The notes under the pieces were generated by a model. That model was not told the origin of the DNA and did no database searches. It was given only the letters and a program-made list of their open reading frames with translations. From assembly GCA_963827165.1 (NCBI GenBank), contig CAWGZR010000005.1:352001-416000 (forward strand): a DNA stretch of 64,000 nt. The letters are read 5' to 3'. The position numbers were made by a program, and so were the translations under genes. Positions 1 to 10,503 of the stretch are shown piece by piece (the first letter of the stretch is position 1; each line of letters opens with the position of its first letter). The DNA is from Candidatus Bathyarchaeota archaeon. Its GTDB lineage: Archaea > Thermoproteota > Bathyarchaeia > Bathyarchaeales > Bathycorpusculaceae.

Positions 1-70
1 GAAAAAAATCTGCGAAAATCCCGAAACCGCCACGACCCACATCTCTTCTTTACACTGTTAAACCTACATT

Positions 71-152
71 GTCTTTTCTACCCTTTTATAGCGTCTTCTA
101 GCGTTTTTTAGCGTTTTCTAGCTGAAAATAGCGTTTTATAGCATATTCTAGC
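71..152. repeat. Tandem array of about 8 degenerate 10-bp units, consensus GCGTTTTCTA
   Basis: Units in register: gtcttttcta, cccttttata, gcgtcttcta, gcgtttttta, gcgttttcta, gctgaaaata, gcgttttata, gcatattcta. A 10-bp period is not codon-compatible. Confidence 0.8.
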
Positions 153-251
153 TTCCAGTTGCAAGAGATACTAACCCCAAACTAAGAAAGCAATCTGTTT
201 CACAACCAAAAAATTTGTTCCGCAATCACGACGGCATGTGTCCACAGGTGC

Positions 252-512
252 TCAAGCATCTTCGGGTTGATTAATCCAAACTTTGACTTTATCCTGCACC
301 CTGACTCTCGCCTCTGTCTGCATCAACCGAACCTGCCCCTGAACTATCCTGTCATCAGTAGTGCAGAATTCCTTTCTTACGGCGTCCTCAAGCTTGGGCA
401 CGTTGATGTGTTCAGCAGAGCCGACTTGGTTCCAGAATTTCATCTGTATCTTTATTCTTTTCTTTCGCGCTTCAGAATCCGAGTCTTTAGTCATCAAAGT
501 TACCTTGCGCAA
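252..512 (-). CDS. Small hypothetical protein, possibly winged-helix-like
   Basis: 86-aa ORF (likely start MTKDSD), charged, with helical segments followed by a beta-hairpin-like C-terminus (RVRVQDKVKVWI). The fold is inferred. Confidence 0.55.
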   Translation of the reverse strand: MRKVTLMTKDSDSEARKKRIKIQMKFWNQVGSAEHINVPKLEDAVRKEFCTTDDRIVQGQVRLMQTEARVRVQDKVKVWINQPEDA

Positions 513-820
513 AATGGAAGTTCATTTTTCGCCTTGTGATGATCCACACATTCTTGGCAATTAGCGTGCCGAAGGCAATCTTTCTTTGGGCAGGGGCAAT
601 TCGGAGCTGACATGAAATAAAGTAAAGTCAACAAAGGCAATATATTAATTGCTGAAGTAATTCAAACGGAATTGATTTAGGCGCAGCATAAGAGGATTAT
701 TTGCTCGCCAGCTCTTTCCTGTGTCCCTGTTTGTTTAAAGTCGGATACATGCAAGGAAACTGGAAGTTAATTAAGAAAACTATAGAAATATGCTGATGGA
801 TATGGCTATGAAGGATCGTC

Positions 821-1609
821 ATGGCTAAAGTTGCTTCGTCTTTGCGTAGACTCTTCATCTACTTGATAATAATGTTAATCGTAACTATAGGCGCTCTCTT
901 CGTTTTTCACCAGTTCATCGCTGGACCCATAAGCTTGTCAAAACTGCTTGAGCAGGCTGTCGATATAATTATCAGCGTGGTTTTTTGGGTAACTGCGATA
1001 ATAATTATCCAGCGTTTCAAGCCGCTAATGGTCCAGAGACTTGGAGTTCAAGCTGGAACGTTAGTGCAGTACATCCTTCTCGCAATCGCGGTTGCGGTAA
1101 TGATTTTCGGAGTTTTGAACATCCTGAAAGTTTCCGCAACCGATCTTTTAGCAAGCGCAGGAATAATATCCGTTACCGTAGGCTTAGTCATATCCACGTT
1201 TGTAGGCAGCATATTATCAGGCTTCTTGGTTTTTACAACTTACAAATTCAAAGAAGGCGACGACGTTATAGTCAACAATATCCCTGGGAAAATCGAAGAA
1301 ATGACTGCCCTAGTCATGAGAATCAGAACCGACGTCGGCCAGGTTACTATTCCAAACAGCGCAATCGCTGCAGGCGGAGTAATCATAACCGATGTTCATG
1401 AATATCAACCGTCGAAAGAAAGCCGGTTGCACTACCAAGTAGGCGACCGTGTTGTAACTTCATTCATGAATGAGCAGGGTAAAATCAAGGCTATCACCTC
1501 GTTATATACGGTCATTCTCTTAGATTCGGGAAAGGAGGTAACGTTCCTGAACAATAGCATCCTTTCTGGCGGAGTGGTCATCGCAAAATTGACCCAGACG
1601 CCAAGCTAA
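821..1609 (+). CDS. MscS-family small-conductance mechanosensitive channel
   Basis: N-terminal TM helices, a G/A-rich TM3 (LLASAGIISVTVGL), and the FKEGDDVIV...GKIEE...VTIPNS beta domain, which is duplicated at the C-terminus (YQVGDRV...FLNNS). Confidence 0.85.
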   Translation: MAKVASSLRRLFIYLIIMLIVTIGALFVFHQFIAGPISLSKLLEQAVDIIISVVFWVTAIIIIQRFKPLMVQRLGVQAGTLVQYILLAIAVAVMIFGVLNILKVSATDLLASAGIISVTVGLVISTFVGSILSGFLVFTTYKFKEGDDVIVNNIPGKIEEMTALVMRIRTDVGQVTIPNSAIAAGGVIITDVHEYQPSKESRLHYQVGDRVVTSFMNEQGKIKAITSLYTVILLDSGKEVTFLNNSILSGGVVIAKLTQTPS

Positions 1610-1679
1610 AAAGAAAACAGCCTGCCATATTCTTAATTAGTAAGCGCATGCTACCCAGTGAAAACATCAGGGATACAAT

Positions 1680-2108
1680 ATGACCGCTGTCCCGTTTGCA
1701 AGCACATTTGTGGCTGTCGTCTTGATTCCAGTGGCTTTTCTTTTTGTTCACGCCTTCTTGAGCGGTAAGAGCAAAAAGCGTTTTCACCCCGTCTCAGGAT
1801 TCGCCGCCGTCGTCTGGGATCTTTCGGTTTCAATCGGTTATATGCTTTACAGAACTTTTGGTGGGGCAGTAAACGGGTCGACTCTTCAAATGAGCGGGCT
1901 TGTGAACGTCTATTTCATGGTTGTACACGTCCCCGTTGCAATCGTTGTCATGACTCTGGAGATACTTGTGCTCATCACTGGCTTTTGGGCGCTTAAAACA
2001 AGGAAAACCAACCGTTTTCACAGCAAACTAACAACACCACTTTTCTACATCTGGTGGTTTGCATTCCTCTCGGGAGAAATATTTTATATAATAATGTATC
2101 TGGTGTAG
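1680..2108 (+). CDS. 4-TM membrane protein with conserved His residues (DUF420-like)
   Basis: Four hydrophobic helices with RFH, VVH and RFH motifs and a terminal SGEIFY. Confidence 0.6.
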   Translation: MTAVPFASTFVAVVLIPVAFLFVHAFLSGKSKKRFHPVSGFAAVVWDLSVSIGYMLYRTFGGAVNGSTLQMSGLVNVYFMVVHVPVAIVVMTLEILVLITGFWALKTRKTNRFHSKLTTPLFYIWWFAFLSGEIFYIIMYLV

Positions 2109-2124
2109 AGGAATTAAGCAGATT

Positions 2125-2593
2125 TTAGGCGGTTTGGTTCCAGTAGACATCATTTTTGTACTGGTTTGCAACCGCCAGTGACTGGTCATCGTAGATTACA
2201 TCAAAGTTTTGAACCGTACTTATGAAGAGTTGACTGCAGTGTGCTCCAAACTTGACGCGAAGTGCCGTTAGCTTGCCAGATTCCCCATTTGCCGTCGCTT
2301 TGACTTCGTAAACCGCCACCAAAGTTCTGGGGCAAAACCAAGACGTTTTGAACCTTCACGTTGTTGGTTTCTTGGGGGTTCTCAACGACGAGTGTCCAAA
2401 ACTTTTGCATCGCCGCGAACTGGGAAGCCTGCAATAAGCCACTACCAGTGGGAACGCTACTGTTGGTGCTTTGCACTTGCTGGTCGCCCTGATAGTTGAA
2501 GACGACGACGTATTCTGCGCCGCTCTCTTAGAACTGCCGCATTGCTTTATGCATCTGATCTTCGGTTTGCAGAACCGACGGGTTTTGGCTAAG
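2125..2593 (-). pseudogene. 5'-truncated remnant of a secreted/hypothetical protein gene
   Basis: Reads ...QMHKAMRQF*ESGAEYVVVFNY...LPQNFGGGLRSQSDGKWGIWQA...KYGSKL/DVIYDD...VYWNQTA. There is an in-frame TAA at 2528-2530, a frameshift near 2203 and no start region. Confidence 0.55.
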
Positions 2594-2697
2594 GCCTCAG
2601 CGGGTTAGATAAGAATATATGCAGATGATTCCAGTAACGGCTAAATACTGCAAAGCGTAATTGCGTTGATTATTCAAGCACGTGGGAAGAACATAAA

Positions 2698-4035
2698 ATG
2701 GACAACTTCTCAAACTTATTCGAAAACTTGATTGAGGCAAGCCGCAAACACGAGCAGTACCGCGAAAAAGAATGCATAAACATGATTGCCAGCGAGGGGT
2801 TAAAGTCTCCAGCAGTCAATCAGATGCTGTGCTTCTCGCATGACCTCGCACAGAGATACGCCGAAGGAGACAACGACAGGGAAGGCCACGTCAAAAAACG
2901 TTACTATCAGGGACAGAAGTATATGTCCCAAATTGAGGATTACTCAACAGACCTGATGAAGAGCCTCTTTAAAGCCGACTGGGCAGACGTACGCTTGGTT
3001 TCAGGAACCCACGCGAACCTAGCCACTTTCAAAGGCTTGTCATTAGCATCAAAAAACAACAAAATGGTTGTCACGCCTCTAAGCTGCGGAGCCCACATCT
3101 CACACGACTACACAGGCTTAGCAGGCAACATACTGGGCTTAGACAACATAAATCACGTTTACAACGTAGACGAATTCAACATTGACCCAGAAAAATCAGC
3201 TTACGTCATCCGCGCAGCCAAACCCGGCATCGTCACATTCGGCGGCAGCCTCTTCCTGTTCCCGCACCCTATTAAAGAGTTAAGAGCCGTATGCGACGAA
3301 GTCGGCGCCTACATAGCCTACGATGCATCACACGTTCTAGGCTTAATAGCAGGCAACCAATTCCAAGACCCACTACGGGAAGGAGCAGACTTCATCACTT
3401 CTTCAACCCACAAAACCTTCCCAGGTCCACAAGGCGGCGTCATAATGGGAAACCAAAACAACCCAGCGCAAGAGAAAGCCGTCAAAAAAATCCAGTTCGC
3501 AATTTTCCCACTTACCGCCTCAAACACACATTTAGGAAGGTTACCGGCACTCGGAATAGCATCTTTAGAAATGAAGCTTTTCGGCTCAGATCTTGCAAAG
3601 CAGATAGTGAAGAACGCTCAGACCGCTGGGCAATACCTGTTTGAGAACGGAGTGGCAGTTCTCGCTGAGAAGAAAGGATTCACCAAAAGTCACCAAATCG
3701 CCGTTGACATCCGCGGTTTCGGGGGTGGCAACAAGATAGCGCAAGACCTCGAAGACGCAAACATAATCCTCAACAAAAACCTCTTGCCCTATGATGACCA
3801 GAGCAGCAAAGGGGATCCTTCAGGGTTAAGAATTGGCTTTCAAGATGTAACCCGAAGAGGCTTCAGAGAAAATGACATTAAACACCTATGTGACCTAATG
3901 CTCGACGTCATAAAGGGCAAGCGCCAACCCGCCGAGGTTAAACAAGATGTCACGTCATTGAGAAAGGAGTTTGGCGGAGTCAAATACGGCTTCCAAAACA
4001 TCGAAGAAGCCCTAAGCTACATAAAAAAGCCGTAG
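2698..4035 (+). CDS. glyA: Serine hydroxymethyltransferase (archaeal type)
   Basis: INMIASE, YAEG...RYYQG, GAHISH, DASH, STHKTFPGPQGG (PLP Lys), NKN and PSGLRIG motifs. Confidence 0.95.
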   Translation: MDNFSNLFENLIEASRKHEQYREKECINMIASEGLKSPAVNQMLCFSHDLAQRYAEGDNDREGHVKKRYYQGQKYMSQIEDYSTDLMKSLFKADWADVRLVSGTHANLATFKGLSLASKNNKMVVTPLSCGAHISHDYTGLAGNILGLDNINHVYNVDEFNIDPEKSAYVIRAAKPGIVTFGGSLFLFPHPIKELRAVCDEVGAYIAYDASHVLGLIAGNQFQDPLREGADFITSSTHKTFPGPQGGVIMGNQNNPAQEKAVKKIQFAIFPLTASNTHLGRLPALGIASLEMKLFGSDLAKQIVKNAQTAGQYLFENGVAVLAEKKGFTKSHQIAVDIRGFGGGNKIAQDLEDANIILNKNLLPYDDQSSKGDPSGLRIGFQDVTRRGFRENDIKHLCDLMLDVIKGKRQPAEVKQDVTSLRKEFGGVKYGFQNIEEALSYIKKP

Positions 4036-4146
4036 CATCCGATTTCTTTCATCAAGCTAAGAAACCATACGGATTTTAATGTGAAAGCCCACAAGCAAGG
4101 CTAAATATTAATAAGCGAAGCAAACGCATTTTGAAAACTGAAAACC

Positions 4147-4443
4147 ATGGTAGACCTTTTAATAATCTACGTCATAATTACCGCGATTGTTTTCATAGTG
4201 GTTTTCATGTTGCTTCCAAGGTACGGTCCACACACCGTTTCAAGGCTAACATGCCCAAAATGCAAAAAACAGTTCAATTATCATTGGGTTCCAGGAGCCA
4301 GTTTCATCTCGCTTTACCGTGGAAACACACGTCGGCTAAAATGTCCTTACTGCCACGAAGTATCAAAATACAATATCGCGATGACACGGTTGAGCAAGGA
4401 ACAAGTCGCCGCCTTGAAAAACAAAGCACCAAGCAAAAGATGA
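4147..4443 (+). CDS. Membrane-anchored zinc-ribbon protein
   Basis: N-terminal TM helix followed by CPKC...CPYC. Confidence 0.7.
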   Translation: MVDLLIIYVIITAIVFIVVFMLLPRYGPHTVSRLTCPKCKKQFNYHWVPGASFISLYRGNTRRLKCPYCHEVSKYNIAMTRLSKEQVAALKNKAPSKR

Positions 4444-4537
4444 GTACAAACTGTTTACTTTTGAGAATATTTAATATTGCGGGTTGCCAATCAGCTTAAA
4501 TCACCAATTTATAAAACATAGGATGAGTTGGCTCAAA

Positions 4538-5725
4538 ATGAAAGTGTTGTTAAACGATGGTTTGGAAAAGGAAGGCCTGCAGCTGCTTCAAAATGCTGGT
4601 GTAGAGACTGACACTCACAAAAGAGACACAGAAAAACTGGTTACCGACATAGGTGCCTTTGACGCCTTGATTGTGCGTAGCGCTACTAAGGTCACGAGGC
4701 AAGTCATTGAGGCAGGGGCAAAAGGCAAACTTAAAATCATCGGAAGGGCAGGCGTTGGGTTCGATAACATCGACGTGGCAGCTGCTTCAGAATACGGGAT
4801 AGTCGTCAAATCTGCACCCTACGGCAGCACAAATGCGGTGGCAGAGTTAACAATCGGCTTAATGCTTGCCATTTCAAGAAAAACTCCCCAAGCTCACCTT
4901 TCGCTGAAAGGCGGTGTTTGGAAAAAAGCGAAGCTCAAAGGCAACGAAATGTCGTACAAAACTTTGGGTATTTTGGGCTGCGGAAGAATCGGGCAGAAGC
5001 TGGCAGAAATTGCGCACCGTGGCTTTGAAATGGAAGTCATAGGTTTCGACATCAAGCCATGTTTTGAATCGGGCATAAAATTCATGACTAAAGAAGAGGT
5101 TCTCTCAAAGGCAGATTACGTGAGCGTCCACACTCCGGGTGGAAAGGAAGCGGTTATCGGCGAAAAAGAACTGGCCATAATGAAGCCTACAGCCTACTTG
5201 GTTAACACTTCTAGGGGCAACAACATAGACGAAGAGGCACTGTACAATGCGTTGAAAGAGGGAAAAATAGCTGGTGCAGCACTTGACGTCTACGTTGACG
5301 AACCCAAAGTGGAAGACGCCCAATTCAGCACCAAACTAACTGAATTGGAAAACGTGGTTCTAAGCAGCCACCTAGGAGCCTCAACCATTGAAGCTCAAAG
5401 GGAAACTTCAACGGAAATTGCCCGGGTAGTTTCAGGGTTCCTGCTGGGCGGCGACTTCTTAAACGCAGTTAACGCTGGCGAAAGCATTGAGCTTGAGGAA
5501 AAACCAGTTTACACCTTATTCATTCACCATCGCGATGTTCCGGGGGTCTTCGCAAACATCGACAAGGTCCTTGCTGAAAACGACATAAACATAAGAGCCA
5601 ACTATTCGAGGCAAATAGGAAACAGCGGATACGCAATCTCCGTGTATGTGCTCCACCAAAATGTCAGCCTCGAAATAATAAAGAAGCTCAAAGCAATCCC
5701 AAACATCTGCAACGTAAAAATCTAA
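4538..5725 (+). CDS. serA: D-3-phosphoglycerate dehydrogenase with C-terminal ACT domain
   Basis: IVRSATKV, GRAGVGFDNID, GILGCGRIG, NTSRG, AALDV, SHLGAST and the ACT motif HRDVPGV. Start placed at MKVLL. Confidence 0.9.
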   Translation: MKVLLNDGLEKEGLQLLQNAGVETDTHKRDTEKLVTDIGAFDALIVRSATKVTRQVIEAGAKGKLKIIGRAGVGFDNIDVAAASEYGIVVKSAPYGSTNAVAELTIGLMLAISRKTPQAHLSLKGGVWKKAKLKGNEMSYKTLGILGCGRIGQKLAEIAHRGFEMEVIGFDIKPCFESGIKFMTKEEVLSKADYVSVHTPGGKEAVIGEKELAIMKPTAYLVNTSRGNNIDEEALYNALKEGKIAGAALDVYVDEPKVEDAQFSTKLTELENVVLSSHLGASTIEAQRETSTEIARVVSGFLLGGDFLNAVNAGESIELEEKPVYTLFIHHRDVPGVFANIDKVLAENDINIRANYSRQIGNSGYAISVYVLHQNVSLEIIKKLKAIPNICNVKI

Positions 5726-5833
5726 GCGAATTTCGCCATATTTGCTTCACCGAGACTCCACCTTATGACCTCTGCGAGGAACCTTTGCCTGCCTTAATCA
5801 GGCATATTAACCCGTTTTATTTCTGTTGTAGCT

Positions 5834-6515
5834 ATGCGATTAGGAGTTCTGTTTTCAGGCGGCAAAGACTCCACCCTTGCCCTTCACTACGCTCAAGAGA
5901 AGGAAGAAGTGGCCTGCCTCATCACGTTGCTTTCTGAGAATAAGGAAAGCTACATGTTCCACACGCCAAACATTGACATCACTGCCCTCCAAGCCCATGC
6001 CTTAGCCTTACCCCAAATCGCGAAAACAACTCAAGGCGAAAAAGAGAAAGAGCTCTCAGACCTAGAAGAAGCCATCGCCGAAGCTGCGAGAAAATTCCGG
6101 ATTGAAGGGGTAGTTACGGGTGCGGTCGAGTCGGTCTATCAGGCGGAGCGGGTTCAACGCATTTGCAACAAGCAGGGTCTTTGGTGTTTTAATCCGCTTT
6201 GGAAGCATGACCAGAAAGCCCTGTTAGAGGAGCTTTTGGAAAAGCGTTTCAAGGTGGTTATTTCAGGGGTTTTCGCTTACCCTCTTGACGAAAAATGGCT
6301 TGGCAAAGAAATCGATGCACAGCTGATAGGCGCGGTTAGTTGATCTCCAGCTTAAGTACAGCATCAGTCCTTCGGGGGAAGGTGGGGAAATCGAAACCAC
6401 GGTTTTGGATTCGCCCCTGTTCAAGAAGAAAATCGAAATCCTCGACTATTCCGTTGACGCAAGGGGAAATTCGGGGGTTTTCAAAATCAATAAGGCCCGG
6501 CTGATTGAGAAATGA
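5834..6515 (+). CDS. dph6: Diphthine--ammonia ligase (Dph6/MJ0570 family), +1 frameshift near 6330
   Basis: PP-loop SGGKDS, SYMFH, GAVESVYQ and PLW. After the shift it continues RLVDLQLKYSISPSGEGGEIETTVLDSPLFKKKI to TGA at 6513-6515. Confidence 0.85.
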
Positions 6516-7102
6516 TTTTGATTGTTGATCTGAACTACAAAAGGAATTCTTTGGGTTTTTACGAGTTCGTACTGCCGATAGCCGCCGCCGTTAAAACCCC
6601 CGACGATTGGACCGCCAAACATTATTTGGATGTCAACGACGAAGTCCTAAGCCAATGCGACGTAATCATCCTTTCAGGAACCCCACTTAAAGACACAGCT
6701 ACTTTAAGCCAGCCAGAAAGATTCCAATGGCTCAAAAAAACAGAGAAACCGGTGCTGGGCATCTGCGCGGGTATGCAGACAATCGGAGTAGTTTACGGCA
6801 TGAAGTTAACTCGTTGTTTGGAAATTGGGATGACACCGGTGAAAGCTCTTAAAAAAAACCCGCTTTTTTCAACTGACTTCAAGGCGTATTCACTTCACAG
6901 CTTCTGTGTCGAACCCACCGCCGATTTTGAAGTTTGGGGTAAATCCGATCTATGCGTTCAAGTAATAAAACACAAAGAAAAAAAAATCTACGGTACGCTT
7001 TTTCATCCCGAAGTCAGAAATCAAGAAATCATAAAGAAGTTCCTTGAAAATCAAAACAACCAAAAACAAAAAAAGTTTGCCGTCGACCAGTTACTTTCAT
7101 AG
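6512..7102 (+). CDS. Class I glutamine amidotransferase (GuaA-A-like)
   Basis: IILSG, PVLGICAGMQ (catalytic Cys) and FHPE (His-Glu). ATGA overlap with dph6. Confidence 0.85.
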   Translation: MILIVDLNYKRNSLGFYEFVLPIAAAVKTPDDWTAKHYLDVNDEVLSQCDVIILSGTPLKDTATLSQPERFQWLKKTEKPVLGICAGMQTIGVVYGMKLTRCLEIGMTPVKALKKNPLFSTDFKAYSLHSFCVEPTADFEVWGKSDLCVQVIKHKEKKIYGTLFHPEVRNQEIIKKFLENQNNQKQKKFAVDQLLS

Positions 7103-7505
7103 CAGGCAAGGCACGAAATTTGTGGATAGTAGATCATCAATTGGTTTGATAAGAGTAAATTGAACCTGGATGTTCAAAATTTCTATTTATTCGCTCTTTG
7201 ATTGGGCTTCAATCGGGGTTGAATTTGCAAAATATTGTCAAACTGCGCCTTTATCTTACGAAAAAGTGAACTTGTGCACCATGGTTTTGTGGTGACTTTG
7301 AACTTGGGTGACGTTGATTTGCAGTGAAAACGCGGTAATTTGACTAGGTTCGTAAAAGTGGTCTGAGTTGAGACCTCGCGCCGTCTTAAAATCGTTTTCA
7401 ACAGCCACTCAGCGAGGAACTAATGATTGAGACAGAAACTTAATTACCGACCAAACCTCACATAGAATACAACTGGTTTTTACTGATTAATGAAGTGACT
7501 ATTAT

Positions 7506-9927
7506 ATGGCAAACAAGTTACCGCTTGAAAAAATCAGAAACATATGTCCCCCAGACCTGATGCAATGTGAATCAACAAAAGAGCTTGCTCCGCTAGTTGA
7601 GATCATCGGACAAGAAAGAGCCGTACGAGCCTTAAAATTTGGCCTAGGAATAAAAAATCACGGCTTCAACATGTACGTTGCAGGTTATCCCGGAACAGGA
7701 AGAAAAACAACCGTTAAAAACTTCGTTGAAGCCCAAGCCAAAACCCAGGCTGTCCCACCCGACTGGTGCTACGTTAACAACTTCGAAAATCAATACGAGC
7801 CTAAAGCCATTCAGTTATCTGCGGGAAAAGGCAAAGAATTTCGGGATGACATGAAGAATTTTATTGAAAACGTCAAGACTGCGCTTCCGAAAGCTTTTGA
7901 AAGTGACGATTACGCAGCAAAAAGAGAAGCAACTATCCGTGGACTGGAAGAAAAACGTAAAGAACTGATTGAAGAACTCAGCGTGAAGGCTCAACAAGAA
8001 GGCTTCGTTATCCAAACTACACCGATCGGCTTGCTGCTTATCCCGGTTTTAGACGGCAAACCTCTAAGCGAAGAAGAGATGCTTGCGTTGCCACAGAAAA
8101 CAAAAGATAAACTTCAAGAGAAAAGGGAAAAGCTGGAAACGGAATTCCGAAACACGATGCGTCAACTCATCGATATGGAAAGACAAATTCACGATGCCCT
8201 AAAGAAGCTCAACAAGGAGGTTGCGCTTTACTCCATCGGCAATCTCGTGGAAAGAATTACAGAGAAATACCACGGTTTAGCAGCAGTGACAGATTACCTT
8301 AAAGGCCGTGGAGAATGACATGCTTCGAAAACCTGCAACAATTTATCAGAAGAAGCCAGGGCGGCGAACAGCAGGAACAGCTTCCATTTCAGATGCCATG
8401 GATGAGGGAAGACCCATATAAGAAATATGAAGTGAACGTTGTAATCGACAACTCTGAAACCAAAGGTGCCCCAGTTATTATGGAGTCAAACCCTACATAC
8501 CCCAATCTTTTAGGAAAAACAGAGAAAGAAGCGCAATTCGGCGCATTAACAACCGACTTCAGCATGATCCGCGCGGGTTCAATTCACAAGGCCAACGGAG
8601 GATACCTAATCATCCCAGTCGAAGACTTGCTACAAAACCCGTTATCGTATGACGGACTCAAAAGAGACCTCAAAGACGGAAAAATGACCATAGCTGAACC
8701 AGAAGAACGCTACGGCTTTCTAAGCATCAAAACACTCAAGCCCCAGCCCATTCCGCTGACCGCCAAAGTTATCCTAATTGGAAACCCTTACCTCTACCAA
8801 ATGATGTTCGAGTTAGACCCTGACTTTAAAGAGCTTTTCAAAATTAAAGCTGAATTTGACACAGTGATGGATAGGACAGAAGACAAAGTCATGCAGTACG
8901 CCACTTGGGTATGCACGCTTTGCGAAAAAGAAAACCTCAAGCACCTTGACGGAGCCGGCGTCGCAAAACTCGTTGAGTCAGCTCAAGAATCGCAGACGAC
9001 CAATACAAACTTTCAACGCAGTTTTCCTATGTTGCTGACATAATTCGCGAAGCAAACTACTACGCTACTCAAGATAACTCCGACTTCATAACTGGAGAAT
9101 ACATCAAAAAAGCAATAGAAGAAAAAATTTACCGCTCAAAACTCATCCAAGAAAAAATCCAGGAAATGATAAAACGCGGATTCTTCCTAATTGACACTGT
9201 TAAGGAAAGGGTTGGGCAAGTCAACGGCTTATCCGTTATGGGACTGGGTGACTTCGCCTTCGGAAACCCTTCACGAGTAACAGCAAGCATCGGTATTGGC
9301 AGAGAAGGAGTAATTGACATTGAAAGAGAAGCCAAAATGGGCGGACCTATACATACCAAAGGCGTCTTAATTCTCAGCGGATACTTAAATGATAAATACG
9401 CAAGAGACAAACCGCTGAGCCTTTCAGCAAGACTTGTTTTTGAACAAAGTTATGGAGGCGTCGAAGGTGACAGCGCTTCAAGCACCGAATTATACTCGAT
9501 TCTGTCAGCGCTCTCTGGGCTTCCGATAAAACAGAACATAGCTGTCACAGGCTCAGTAAACCAGAAAGGTGAAGTTCAAGCCATCGGTGGAGTAAACGAA
9601 AAAATCGAAGGCTTCTTTGAAGTCTGCAAGTTGCAGGGACTCTCGGGGCAGCAGGGTGTCATGATACCGGAAAGCAACGTTCAGAATCTGATGCTAAAAG
9701 AAGAAGTCGTTGAAGCAGTCAAAGCAGGTCAATTCAATATTTACTCAGTCAAAACGATCGATGAAGGCATAGAGTTTCTAACAGGAACAAAAGCCGGGGA
9801 AACACGCGCGGACGGAACTTTTGAAGAGGGAACAGTCAACTACATGGTTAATAAGCAACTCACAGAAATGGCTGTCAAACTCAAAGAGTATCCATCCTTC
9901 GAAGCACACAAAAAACCCGAAAGTTAG
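7506..9927 (+). CDS. Lon-like (LonC/AAA_32 + Lon_C) protease, split into three ORFs by indels near 8302-8326 and 8977
   Basis: IIGQERA, GYPGTGRKT, DWCYVNNF, GSIHKANGGYL, GQVNGL, and the Ser-Lys dyad EGDSAS...GVNEKIEGF. The missing segment SSRIADDQYKLSTQFSYVADIIREANYYA lies in the downstream frame. Confidence 0.85.
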
Positions 9928-10059
9928 ACCACAAGCTCGGCAGCCTTAAGCTCTTCTTTTTTTCGATCTCCACAAATAAATAAGCCCGAACTGCCATCCG
10001 TAAATTTTGATTAATAATTCCTCAGTTCGCTGCAATCTATCTCTACAAAGGAATGAATT

Positions 10060-10341
10060 TTGAATCTTGATTGCAAGTTATCAAAGCTTATCTTGCCAAT
10101 TGCACAACGAAATAGCGGGACGAACTTGGCAACTAAGAAACTCATGCGCAAACGCAAAAACACTTTGGCAATTCTTCTTCTGCCAGCTCTAATTTTTGTT
10201 TTCTTCATGGGCTGGTGTATGTACTGGGCAGGCGACAAAAAAGACCAAAAACACCTAAACCGTAGAGAACCGAAAAAAGACAACGTAACGCTTTTGCCAG
10301 CTGTTTTCGAAGAAACAGAACGAACGATAGTTGAACAATGA
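10060..10341 (+). CDS. Small single-TM hypothetical protein (true start probably downstream)
   Basis: Basic N-terminus, TM segment LAILLLPALIFVFFMGWCMYW and a charged tail. Confidence 0.6.
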   Translation: MNLDCKLSKLILPIAQRNSGTNLATKKLMRKRKNTLAILLLPALIFVFFMGWCMYWAGDKKDQKHLNRREPKKDNVTLLPAVFEETERTIVEQ

Positions 10342-10503
10342 AACAAGCGATCGATAATTTTCTAATCATTTGCAACTTGAAAAACAAGTTATGATAACGA
10401 TGCTTGCACGCTTGTTACATCAATTGTACAACCACAACTCCATTTATACCGCGCAAGGGATTGATTATCTTGCGAGAAATAGCCATCCAAGAGGTACACC
10501 CAT

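Noticed and set aside
6320-6345. Programmed frameshift in dph6
   Set aside because: There is no slippery heptamer. Similar single-base indels occur in lonC and the glycan genes, so sequencing error is more likely.
7183-7401. 72-aa minus-strand ORF (and a ~50-aa alternative frame)
   Set aside because: No motif or convincing start signals; I cannot choose a frame.
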